Positions 1 to 9,274 of a stretch of 56,946 bases of DNA are shown here, piece by piece; the first letter of the stretch is position 1; each line of letters begins with the position of its first letter. The notes under the pieces are model-generated. The model did no database searches. It was not told the DNA's origin and worked only from the letters and a program-made list of their open reading frames with translations. Both the position numbers and the translations under genes were made by a program. The DNA lies in the sequence record SRR20825019_2015; one strand, given 5' to 3'.

Positions 1-396
1 GGGTGGCACAAAACGAACCGAAGTATCCAGGAAGAGCTAGATGAAGTTTTCGGGAGTACGCCCGATTTCGAGGATGAGGAAGACGAATGGAAGGAACAGG
101 GATTACCAAACGGCGACAATGGGTTTGCCACAGGGGTTACCTATGAAGAACTGACTGCCGTGGGGGCATTGCTCCGGCAAGACGTGCTGGAACCTGCCTC
201 GCAGAAAAAAGCGGTGGATATCGTTCAGCGATTACAAGGAACCGATTTGTTCGGCCTTTTGGAAAACTCAATGGAAGGGGCTTCACGAAAGATTGCGGAG
301 CTGTTGGACAGGAGCCTCCCCACCGGGACAGATTCTGGTTCTTCCGATTTGCGGAAAAATGATTTGGGTGATTTTGACATTGGGGAGTTTGTGTGA
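1..396 (+). CDS. traD: Conjugative transposon protein TraD, 3' part (runs off left edge)
   Basis: Frame 1 is open from base 1 (…EELDEVF…GFATGVTYEELTAVGALL…GTDLFGLLENSM…DFDIGEFV*). Resembles Bacteroidota TraD and lies upstream of traE. Confidence 0.75.
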   Translation, partial: GWHKTNRSIQEELDEVFGSTPDFEDEEDEWKEQGLPNGDNGFATGVTYEELTAVGALLRQDVLEPASQKKAVDIVQRLQGTDLFGLLENSMEGASRKIAELLDRSLPTGTDSGSSDLRKNDLGDFDIGEFV

Positions 397-410
397 GCAA
401 ACTCCCTTTT
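383..410 (+). terminator. Intrinsic terminator overlapping the traD stop
   Basis: GGGAGTTTG (383-391) / CAAACTCCC (398-406) stem followed by TTTT. Confidence 0.7.
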
Positions 411-451
411 GTCTATTAAAATGTAAATAGTTCAATTCCTGAGGATTTTTA

Positions 452-3400
452 TCAGATATCCTTTAATGGATTGTTTTCACTAAAATCATCATTCCTTAAG
501 TTAAACCTGACATCTAAAAACTCCTTTATAGCTTTAAAATTGGGTGTCATCAATTTGGTTTCCAATCCGTAGGTGTTGAGTATAGATGGTAAACCTATAT
601 TGAACTGGTCAATAAATTCTTTTGATTGGAAAGCTTCAAGTGGAAACTGGACATAACAATCTTTTTCGTCCATATCCATATACTCGTAAAGTTTCTTTTT
701 TAAATGATCCACATATTCTTGCTCAGTATTGAATTCTTTACTCTCAAAACGCTGTACTTTGTAATTAATCATAAAGTTCTGCATATTCATCAATATCTGC
801 CAATCTTTATACCCCTGATTTCTTAAAGTGTTTAACCATGAAGGGAAATCAGGTAGCTTCTTAAGTTCCTCCAATGTGATGTATATGCATTTTTGCATAT
901 TATTAAAGCGATTTTCAATGGCTTCAATACTAAACGCCTTATCGTATTTTGTACTTAAAGAACTATCCCAGACCATTACGTTGTTTTCTTTTGGAAAATC
1001 CAGGTTTAACTTCTCTTTTTCAAAAGACGGAGCTTGAAATGCATCAAAATCTTCTTTAACATAAATATCTCTGTGTATTTTTTGATAAAGGTTAATAGCA
1101 ATCTGTTTTGTATCAAGCTTTGATTTTTTGAAGAATTTCCAAAATAATTCCTCAAATTCTTTTGAACGCAGAACACTAATATTATCCAATATAAGTCGTA
1201 GGGAAACCATATTAAATGCAGAATGTTGATTAATCTTTTCAGCACCAATAGCATCAGAATAACAGATATAAACCTTCCATTTTATAACTTCATTAGAAGG
1301 GAGTTGCTCAGGGGGAAGATATTTGTCACTTAAAATTAGCTCTATTTCAATGGTTGATTTGAGTAAATGGAAATCAACATCAGATAACGCAATTTCTGCC
1401 AGAACCGTCTGGATAGCTGAAATATATTCCTCTGCAATGGAGCGTGTTTCAAATGTATTATTAAAACTGACACACCATAAGCTACCTAAAGCGTAAAAGC
1501 GAATTGTACATTCTTTTCCGATATCGTTAAGTGGAAAATCATCAACGTGTCTTTCGATCGCTCTGTTATAACTGTCTTCTGACTGCAATTCTGAATCTAT
1601 TCTTTCTTGTATAGGTTTGATTATTTCGCTTCCCACATAATCAAGGGACCTGACATAGTTTTCGATTAAATAATTAAATTGGTGGGAACTTCGGTTCATC
1701 ACATATAACATAAATGCCATATCCAGTGTGACCTTGCTTTCCATTTCGGAATCAGTTTGGTCGAAATTAGAATCCAATCTTAAATGAATGTATTTACTAT
1801 AAACATTAAGAGCACTGAACCATGAACCTTGTCTGAAATCGGAATAAAACAACAAGGCTAAGCTATTTTCCGTTCTTTTTATCAACTCTTTATTGGTGCT
1901 CATTCTAAACGCAGCTAATGCGTAGTTCTTGGCAGCAAAATGCATTCCTATTGAATTATAGAGTTGTGCAATATTTAACAACGCTAATATAAAACCTTCA
2001 ATAGTGTCTTCCTGCAAGTAGTTATCCTTAGCCTTATGAAAATAATCCAATGCTCTCAGAAGGTTTTTCGGAACCGTGGTATTCAAATAACTATATCCTC
2101 TTTTTATCTGTGTTTGAGCAAGTTTTACCTTACCCTCTCTTTTTTCAACTAAAGGGAATAGATTTTCAGAGAAATCTTCCAATGATGCTATAATGCCCAT
2201 TTCATCTTCAGGATCTACATTGAGTTGCATTTTGATATATTTTTCTATTCTATCCCCAAATTGAGATAGTTTGAAAAGGGGAGCTTGCTCAACCAAAGTT
2301 AAAATCTCATCAAAATACTGTATAAACTCGATATTGCTTTTATTTCTTAATCTGTTTACACCTAAGAGGAAAGTGCCTTTCTGTTCAAGTAAATTACATT
2401 TTTCACTAATGTCCCTTTCGATCCGTAATTTTTGATTTATCTTCGCGTAAAGACGAATAAACCATTTTCTCAACTCATCTTCACCGATTAATGATTTCCC
2501 ATTTTGGGAAGCAACGAATACTAAACTGATAATATTATGGGCATTTTCTATGTCTGTTGCGGTGTTAAAAAAATTAAAGTCGCTAAAGTAGTACCGGATG
2601 TCTTCTTCAAATCCTAATAGACTTCCATCAGGTCGCTTACGAACAGCCAGATTTTCATAATCCACTTCATAAAACTCATTGTTGAGGAACACTATTTCAT
2701 AAATGGCCTTTCTCCTGAAGGGTGGATCTATTTCTATATTTCTTGCATAATAAATAAGGAAAGGATTCCAAATATCTTTGTGTTTATGCAAATACTTTTT
2801 TCTACGGCAATAGTTTGTCAGGTCTAAAATTTCATAAAACTCTCCAATTCTGAATTCGTCTATAGGTTCAATTGTTTTATAGTAGTCATATCTACCTGAA
2901 TACCATTTATCATCATTGTCGCCAATTGAAAGTAAATTTTGTTCTAATTGATCGTAAGTCAATTTTCGCTCTTCGCCTAACTCTTTATTAATCACCATAA
3001 AAACGGTATCGAGCAGCGCCCCGAACACCTGTACCGAATTGCTTTCAACTGTGTCGTAAGGTAGTTTCTGTATCAGTAGTTCTATATTGGCTTTTGTGGA
3101 AGAGAATTCATTATTGGGCGAAGTTCCAACAAATTTCCATTTTATCATTTTTGTAAATTCTTTCCAAAAAGCCCCTTCTAATTGTTCGAATATATCAGCC
3201 GCTTCTTTCAAACTACCTACATCTTTCAAAGCTTTTTTTTGCTCTTCTATATACTCGGTTACTATGTCTTTTACTTTCTGTGCGTACTTAGCGAGTTTCT
3301 CCTCGTCCAATTGATCCTGATATTCAAACCATTCTCTTAGCAGATCAGCATCGTTATCTAAATATTTCTGCGCAATATTAGTGTTGGTTTCAAAAACATA

Positions 3401-3712
3401 TTCTTTTGAGAAGTCATTGTAATCGGATTTTACATGAAGTGTAAAAAAATGGCAAATACACTTTTTAATTTCCTCACTTGAAAAAGAGAAGTTACTGGAG
3501 TAAAGTTTTATTTGGCGAAAAGTGAGTCTTTGTGCCAACAAGTCCTTTTGAAAGATATCCTCTTCAAATTCGCAATAAATATTTTCTTTAATATCGTTAA
3601 GAAAATTATCGATCCAGGTTTCGAGAGTCTTTAATGTCTGATAATTGTATCCCCGTTGAGCAGCAAATGCATCAGTGTTTTTTGAGAATAAGAAAAGCTT
3701 GTTTAATTCCAT
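452..3712 (-). CDS. Large putative defence protein: N-terminal Cap4/DUF4297-like PD-(D/E)xK dsDNA nuclease domain plus long helical/TPR-like region
   Basis: N-terminal motifs DAFAAQRGYNYQ…EFEEDI…FRQIK; TPR-like LRALDYFHKAK…ALLNIAQLYNSIGMHFAAKNYALAA; no Walker A seen. Start set at ATG 3712, 7 nt after the sduA stop (ORF track starts at 3742). Confidence 0.7.
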   Translation of the reverse strand: MELNKLFLFSKNTDAFAAQRGYNYQTLKTLETWIDNFLNDIKENIYCEFEEDIFQKDLLAQRLTFRQIKLYSSNFSFSSEEIKKCICHFFTLHVKSDYNDFSKEYVFETNTNIAQKYLDNDADLLREWFEYQDQLDEEKLAKYAQKVKDIVTEYIEEQKKALKDVGSLKEAADIFEQLEGAFWKEFTKMIKWKFVGTSPNNEFSSTKANIELLIQKLPYDTVESNSVQVFGALLDTVFMVINKELGEERKLTYDQLEQNLLSIGDNDDKWYSGRYDYYKTIEPIDEFRIGEFYEILDLTNYCRRKKYLHKHKDIWNPFLIYYARNIEIDPPFRRKAIYEIVFLNNEFYEVDYENLAVRKRPDGSLLGFEEDIRYYFSDFNFFNTATDIENAHNIISLVFVASQNGKSLIGEDELRKWFIRLYAKINQKLRIERDISEKCNLLEQKGTFLLGVNRLRNKSNIEFIQYFDEILTLVEQAPLFKLSQFGDRIEKYIKMQLNVDPEDEMGIIASLEDFSENLFPLVEKREGKVKLAQTQIKRGYSYLNTTVPKNLLRALDYFHKAKDNYLQEDTIEGFILALLNIAQLYNSIGMHFAAKNYALAAFRMSTNKELIKRTENSLALLFYSDFRQGSWFSALNVYSKYIHLRLDSNFDQTDSEMESKVTLDMAFMLYVMNRSSHQFNYLIENYVRSLDYVGSEIIKPIQERIDSELQSEDSYNRAIERHVDDFPLNDIGKECTIRFYALGSLWCVSFNNTFETRSIAEEYISAIQTVLAEIALSDVDFHLLKSTIEIELILSDKYLPPEQLPSNEVIKWKVYICYSDAIGAEKINQHSAFNMVSLRLILDNISVLRSKEFEELFWKFFKKSKLDTKQIAINLYQKIHRDIYVKEDFDAFQAPSFEKEKLNLDFPKENNVMVWDSSLSTKYDKAFSIEAIENRFNNMQKCIYITLEELKKLPDFPSWLNTLRNQGYKDWQILMNMQNFMINYKVQRFESKEFNTEQEYVDHLKKKLYEYMDMDEKDCYVQFPLEAFQSKEFIDQFNIGLPSILNTYGLETKLMTPNFKAIKEFLDVRFNLRNDDFSENNPLKDI

Positions 3713-3719
3713 ATGCAAA

Positions 3720-4925
3720 TTACATTTTTTGAATTTGCCCAATCGTGAAATCTAATCTTTGAAGTAAGTCATCATAGGTAATAACGTCGATAACATTTTT
3801 ATACTTCCGTTTTACTATTTCAAAGTCACTTTTCTGTTCATCACTGAGGTTAGTTTCCCTTCCCATAATTACGAAGCCTTTAGGGTTTATAATTTTAATC
3901 TTCAGCCCATCAGGTAGATTATCCTTGTATTTTTCTGTTAACTTTTTCTCGCCAGTTTCCCCATATCTATTGAGATGGAATAAATACTTTTCAAGCTGCA
4001 TTATAGTGCCAATCAAATCTTTATGTGGAGTATAGTTGCCTCTGTACACGGAGTGGGTCATTATTGAGTTTTCAAATGGTTTCTTGATTTCTATAACGTC
4101 CACATTACCATTGCCGTCAACCAACATAAAATCCAAGAAGCGACGTCGTCTGTCATCGATTTTTAAGTGAACAGTTTTAAACGAACAAATGTACTTTGGA
4201 TTAAGCAGTAGGATTATTTCAAGAATTTCATTTTGCCATTGGTTTTCGCTATATCCATTTTCGCTTTCCAACATCCCTCTGAGTTTCTCTTGTATGGTGC
4301 GAAACTTCAGCAACTCATATTCCTGGAACATTTTTGCCAAATTCTTCCCTCGCTTTGAGCTTTTCTTGTTCAAATAATTTTGGAACTTCAATTCCGCGTC
4401 AGTAGTAGAATCAAAGTAGTTTTTTATAATCGTTGAAATTCTTGCCTCTGAATACAGCTTCTTTTCATAAGTAGTGGGAAATTCGCCTATCATTTTCACA
4501 AAGGCTTCAAGGGGGATATTGCTTTCTGAATTACCACTGATATACACGTCTTCATTTACAAGTTCATCAATCTGTTTTAATATAGAAATATTAGTTTCCG
4601 CAATCAAATACTCCGATTGAATATCAATTTCTTTATGAAAATAAAAATCATTTTTTGTCCCTATTGTATCTTTTCGTACTTTGTAGTAGTCTCCTTCTAA
4701 TTCAGCAAATACAAACCCTATTGGTGGAAATTCTTCGAAGAAATCCTCATAATCACTATTTTCTTCAACTTGAATCTCGTACTCTTCATGAGCTTTAAAA
4801 GTCAGTGTCTTTTTAAACGTAACTTCCTTTTTTTCTTTTAGATTTTCACGTACCCAATCTCTGCCAATATATTCAGATATATAATAGACAAAAATAATCT
4901 TGCCTTTGATTTTCCTAAACTCCAT
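3720..4925 (-). CDS. sduA: Shedu immune nuclease SduA (DUF4263) with N-terminal extension
   Basis: SENQWQ…LDFMLVDGNGNVDVIEIKKP…QLEKY…NPKGFVIMGR…VITYDDLL motifs typical of DUF4263. Confidence 0.88.
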   Translation of the reverse strand: MEFRKIKGKIIFVYYISEYIGRDWVRENLKEKKEVTFKKTLTFKAHEEYEIQVEENSDYEDFFEEFPPIGFVFAELEGDYYKVRKDTIGTKNDFYFHKEIDIQSEYLIAETNISILKQIDELVNEDVYISGNSESNIPLEAFVKMIGEFPTTYEKKLYSEARISTIIKNYFDSTTDAELKFQNYLNKKSSKRGKNLAKMFQEYELLKFRTIQEKLRGMLESENGYSENQWQNEILEIILLLNPKYICSFKTVHLKIDDRRRRFLDFMLVDGNGNVDVIEIKKPFENSIMTHSVYRGNYTPHKDLIGTIMQLEKYLFHLNRYGETGEKKLTEKYKDNLPDGLKIKIINPKGFVIMGRETNLSDEQKSDFEIVKRKYKNVIDVITYDDLLQRLDFTIGQIQKM

Positions 4926-4932
4926 TTCTTAA

Positions 4933-6975
4933 TTATTGAACATTGATTATTTCCCATTCTTCCCTATTTATGGCTCCCAATAAAGTATCAAACCTATCTT
5001 TATGTATTCCAATACATAGTAAATCTGTAGGACGTGAAAAACCAACATACGCCATTTTTGCAGATTGCTTTACCCTTTCTCCTATATTTCCAAACTGAAT
5101 CGGATTTCCCAAAAATTGCTCAGCTAATCTTTGGGATTCATAAGATTTTGCATTTGCTCCATTGCCGTCTTTTTGAAAGTACGATTCTAAATATAAGGTT
5201 GCACAATGCGTTTGCCCTTTTACTGCGTGAACACTTGTAATTTCAATTTCAAGCCCATCTTCCTTGTAATGATTGGCCGTTTCTATTTCTTCTGCATCAA
5301 CTATGGGAGTTTCAATTACATCATCATTGATGAATGCTAAACTTGCTGAAAGCTCTTTATCAGAAAACATCCCAAGAAAATTCGGGCTGTATGTTTTAAT
5401 TTCGTTCCACACATCATTTGTCTTTCCTTTAATTACTTCGATTGACCAATTGTAGAGATTTAGATTTAGCTCCTCATACTTTTGAGAATCCATTTCTCTG
5501 ATAAACTCAATCAGTTTTTTCTTTGTGTAGGGTCGATCATCAGAAGTATTTATGTTTTCAAGACGCAAAATTTTCAGAAAAGCATTGAGGATATTTTTTC
5601 GCAATGGTTCTAATGTCTTTTTGTTTTTATCATAAAACAGTAAATAGCTTTTTAGGCAACTGTAATCTTGCTTGGGCTTACTTTTTTCCTTTTCAAACCC
5701 CTTGTGATAATCTTCTAATCTGAGTTTGGCTATATCTTGCCGACTGGTATCATCATTTTTCCATTCCGTATTCCAGCAAACAACCTTAACTGATTTGGTG
5801 GGATTGGTTAAGTTGCCATTCTCCTTGTGTTTCTTTACTATTTGGGCAAAATGAGGAATAACATTCGTGATTGTTACATTTTCAAACAGCAAAATATGAG
5901 GCTTTACAATACATTCATTCAGTCCGACTATATCAAAATCGGCACCATTGTAAAGAGCGAACTTTTTCACCACGGCAGCGATTTGTTTGCTAAGGCGTTG
6001 GCTACCGCTCAATTTTAAAACAGTTTCCCTGTCGACCCATACGTCAGAAGCCTTAACGGAATTATAGATAGCCTGATTTTTATCTCCAATTCGTTGGATT
6101 TTAGAATTGCTATTACCTTCATCATAGAATATTTTTTCTAACAAGTTATACTGGTGGGTATCCATGTCCTGCATTTCATCTACAAAAACAAAAGAAAAGC
6201 GTTTTTGCAAAATTGTTTTAATAGCAGGAATCTTGTCCAAGTAAACATTAGCTAAGAAGTAGGCGTCGTCAAAATGCAATGCACCTTCCTTTTGCATTAT
6301 TACGTATTTGAACTTAACCAGCCATTCTCGGACTCTTTTTTTTTCATCATCTGAGAAATCCTGCCAATTCCTACCTCTTCTTGGTTTTATGATTTGTAAT
6401 TCATTCCCATTAATGGAGTTTATTAACTGTGTTTCATTATTTTGATAAGTCAATCTAAAGGAAAATTGGCAATTATTCCCGATTAGAAAATACTTGGCGT
6501 TTTTCTGTTCTTGAGTTGTAAAACCTCTTAAATTGAATTTTAAATGTTTGTTTATTGCTTCATCATATATTTCGTTATCTATTCTATTTGGTTTTCTTTT
6601 AAATTTTGAAATGTAAAATGGAATTGCCAAAAATTCATCAACAAAACTCTGTATCGTTCCAATAAAATTCGGGTAAGAAAAAAGTTTGGGACAATGCTTC
6701 TGAATTTTTTCTTTAATCTCGTCAATAGCTGCATTGGTATGAGATAAAACCAAAATCCCAGAACCATCAGAAAAAGGGAGCTTCCTTTCCAGAATAAGTA
6801 ATTTTGCCAATAAAGCCGTAGTTTTCCCACTTCCGGGGACTGCTTGCAAATCGATTGTATTGAGGTTACGAATAAATGTTCTTCGTTCTTTTTCATCGAA
6901 CTCCTTGCCTTCAGGAAGCAATATCTTTTCGGCATAGCGAATATCATCGTCCGTTATGTTAGTTTCCTGCAGCAT
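4933..6975 (-). CDS. gajB: UvrD-family helicase, Gabija GajB-like
   Basis: AVPGSGKTT (Walker A), LSHTNAA, FVDEMQD, IGDKNQAI, SVHAVKG, YVGFSRP; overlaps the upstream OLD nuclease gene by 17 nt. Confidence 0.85.
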   Translation of the reverse strand: MLQETNITDDDIRYAEKILLPEGKEFDEKERRTFIRNLNTIDLQAVPGSGKTTALLAKLLILERKLPFSDGSGILVLSHTNAAIDEIKEKIQKHCPKLFSYPNFIGTIQSFVDEFLAIPFYISKFKRKPNRIDNEIYDEAINKHLKFNLRGFTTQEQKNAKYFLIGNNCQFSFRLTYQNNETQLINSINGNELQIIKPRRGRNWQDFSDDEKKRVREWLVKFKYVIMQKEGALHFDDAYFLANVYLDKIPAIKTILQKRFSFVFVDEMQDMDTHQYNLLEKIFYDEGNSNSKIQRIGDKNQAIYNSVKASDVWVDRETVLKLSGSQRLSKQIAAVVKKFALYNGADFDIVGLNECIVKPHILLFENVTITNVIPHFAQIVKKHKENGNLTNPTKSVKVVCWNTEWKNDDTSRQDIAKLRLEDYHKGFEKEKSKPKQDYSCLKSYLLFYDKNKKTLEPLRKNILNAFLKILRLENINTSDDRPYTKKKLIEFIREMDSQKYEELNLNLYNWSIEVIKGKTNDVWNEIKTYSPNFLGMFSDKELSASLAFINDDVIETPIVDAEEIETANHYKEDGLEIEITSVHAVKGQTHCATLYLESYFQKDGNGANAKSYESQRLAEQFLGNPIQFGNIGERVKQSAKMAYVGFSRPTDLLCIGIHKDRFDTLLGAINREEWEIINVQ

Positions 6976-8776
6976 ATTTGATAGCTTTTAAAAGGTAATT
7001 GACAGTGTCATTTTCATCATTTGCTGTAATTTGAATTGTCTTTACGGCAATTTCATCTTTTTCAAATTTGATCAAATCTTCATCAATAGCATTTGCTATA
7101 TGGTAGGCAATTCCAGTCTTTTTCAACCCTTTGTTTATCAGTTTTTCAGCGAGCGCTTTTTCAAAATCTGCATTCCAATCAGTTCCTGTATGAATGGCTT
7201 TTGCCGCGTCTTGAAACACTGCTGTTAAACATAGTGATTTGAACAATGAATATTCTAAAGTCCAGTTTGGTGCAGGAAAGTACTTAACATTTTGTTCAGC
7301 TTTTGCATTTATAGCTGCTATTTTTTGCAGTGTTTCTGCCTGAACAATGTCCGCATCTCTTTTTACATAATCACCTTCATTCTTTTCGTATTCTCTTATG
7401 TCGGCATCTGTAATCACAGCTACCGGAATTGTCATAAGAGGTTCTGTATTCCGTAGGTAAATATTTGAGTAATGGTCAAACCCTGTATGCCCGATATTTA
7501 CAACCGAAACTCCTTTTTCCGTCAGATTGATTCCAATAGCTTTTGCAATACTTGGAATGAGGATTTCTTCTGCCCACCCCTCAACTAAAATCACACCTTT
7601 AGCGAAAAACAAGTTTGCTTTCGTGGTGTCAAGAAACTTTTCTAAAAACTTGTAGTTGTCTTTATCTAGTTTAGTATGTCCTTTTCCCATTGGAAAAGCA
7701 TTATCGTTATTGCAAATAATCAGATTTTCAAGTTTTAGTTTGGAAGCTAAATTGGGGCTGTGTGTAGTTAGGATAAGTTGAATAGCATCTTGTTTTTGAA
7801 AAGCCTCTATTACCTGCATTTGTGCTTGTGGGTGCAGGTGTGCTTCCAGTTCTTCCACTAATCCTAAGCGCAAGCCACTCCAATTTGATTTGTTCAGGTG
7901 AAGTAGTTCGGCAGCCATAAATAATCGGTTTAATGTTCCCAATCCAGGATTGGGTTCGTCTTTCAGGAACAAAGCTAGTTTTTCAAGTATGCTTTTTATA
8001 TCATTTGAGGAAGCATTAAATTCAGTTTCGTAATTGTTGCCGTAGAAGCCTTTGATGTAGCCGTCAATCTTATCTTTTATTTGTTTGCCTTCCTGTGGTT
8101 TAATTGTTTGCTCTTCACCTGCCTCATCAATCGCCTTGGTTTCAAATTCACCTTTAAAATAGTTTTCTAAATCAACTTTGAGACCTGAGAAAATATGTAC
8201 TAATTCATTCGTGTCTTCTTTTCCCTTAAAAGCCTCATCTCCCAAAAGAATTTGCGATAATCTTGAATTGCGTTTGGCAATCAATTCATTTTCAGCATCT
8301 CTCAATGGCTTCAAATAGGTTGCTTTCAGGTATTCTTTTGCTTCTGCGGTAAGCAAGTAGCCGTCATCGTCAACTCCCGCTTTTATATCAGCAGGTAATA
8401 TTTTTTTGGCTTGCCTTCTTACATCATAATTTATTTTCAAAAAGGGTTTTATTTCATCCCCTACACCTGTCCACCCTAACCATTCTGTGAAGTTTTTGGC
8501 TTCGTTAGGTGTTAAGTCCTCAAAAGTCAGTTCTATTCGAAAGCGGTTCTGTGCCGCGTAAAAGTCTTTATCTTCAACTCTGATATAATCATAGCTATGA
8601 GTTTTCAGAACAAGTTTTATAGCATCAATAATGGCAGTTTTGCCTGAATCGTTTTCTCCAATAATCACATTCAACCCTTTGGTTAGGTCTAAATTCAAAT
8701 TCGGTTTTTTGAGCTCCATTTCGCCCTCAGTACCAAATTTTCTGAAATTCCAAATTTTTATATTGGATAGGTACAT
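6959..8776 (-). CDS. gajA: OLD-family ABC-ATPase/TOPRIM endonuclease, Gabija GajA-like
   Basis: IWNFRKF, GENDSGKT, VEELEAHLHPQAQ, TTHSP, TOPRIM LVEGWAE and TDAD; paired with UvrD. Confidence 0.88.
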   Translation of the reverse strand: MYLSNIKIWNFRKFGTEGEMELKKPNLNLDLTKGLNVIIGENDSGKTAIIDAIKLVLKTHSYDYIRVEDKDFYAAQNRFRIELTFEDLTPNEAKNFTEWLGWTGVGDEIKPFLKINYDVRRQAKKILPADIKAGVDDDGYLLTAEAKEYLKATYLKPLRDAENELIAKRNSRLSQILLGDEAFKGKEDTNELVHIFSGLKVDLENYFKGEFETKAIDEAGEEQTIKPQEGKQIKDKIDGYIKGFYGNNYETEFNASSNDIKSILEKLALFLKDEPNPGLGTLNRLFMAAELLHLNKSNWSGLRLGLVEELEAHLHPQAQMQVIEAFQKQDAIQLILTTHSPNLASKLKLENLIICNNDNAFPMGKGHTKLDKDNYKFLEKFLDTTKANLFFAKGVILVEGWAEEILIPSIAKAIGINLTEKGVSVVNIGHTGFDHYSNIYLRNTEPLMTIPVAVITDADIREYEKNEGDYVKRDADIVQAETLQKIAAINAKAEQNVKYFPAPNWTLEYSLFKSLCLTAVFQDAAKAIHTGTDWNADFEKALAEKLINKGLKKTGIAYHIANAIDEDLIKFEKDEIAVKTIQITANDENDTVNYLLKAIKYAAGN

Positions 8777-8847
8777 CTATAATCTTTTAGTAAGTAGGTT
8801 ATATAGTGTACTAAGATATGCATTAATTATTTCAAACACCTTTCACC

Positions 8848-8944
8848 GCCAAACTCTTCCTCTGACAGTCACTTTGTTAGACTACCTCATTTTCCATGAC
8901 ACCTTTGTTGCTAAACCCGCAGGGAGCGGGAAAGTAGCAACAAA
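8848..8944 (+). promoter_or_regulatory. Putative traE operon promoter/operator region
   Basis: GCCAAAC-containing motif at 8848; -7-like CACCTTTG (8900-8907); inverted repeat TTTGTTGCTA (8904-8913) / TAGCAACAAA (8935-8944) enclosing CCCGC/GCGGG. Confidence 0.45.
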
Positions 8945-8960
8945 ATAATTCAGTTAAATC

Positions 8961-9263
8961 ATGGAAAAACGAACAAAAAAAGTACTGCTGACAGGGATGG
9001 CATTGCTCACAGCGTTAAGCGTATTTGCCCAGGATGGTGCCGCAGGCATCAACGAGGCGACCCAAATGGTAACATCCTATTTTGAACCTGCCACACAGCT
9101 TATCTATGCCATTGGTGCGGTGGTCGGATTAATCGGGGGTGTAAAAGTGTACAACAAATTCAGTAGCGGAGATCCCGACACCAGTAAAACAGCAGCAAGT
9201 TGGTTTGGTGCCTGTATTTTCCTGATCGTGGCCGCGACCATCCTACAGGCTTTCTTCCTATAA
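8961..9263 (+). CDS. traE: TraE (DUF4134), VirB2/pilin-like
   Basis: GINEATQMVTSYF…GAVVGLIGGVKVYNKFSSGDPDTSKTAASWFGACIFL. Confidence 0.92.
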   Translation: MEKRTKKVLLTGMALLTALSVFAQDGAAGINEATQMVTSYFEPATQLIYAIGAVVGLIGGVKVYNKFSSGDPDTSKTAASWFGACIFLIVAATILQAFFL

Positions 9264-9274
9264 TCCCTTGCCTT

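Noticed and set aside
452-3712. Calling the large protein Avs, CBASS Cap4 or Lamassu LmuA
   Set aside because: No STAND P-loop or SAVED-like domain recognised, and no cyclase or SMC partner in the window; only the nuclease domain is shared.
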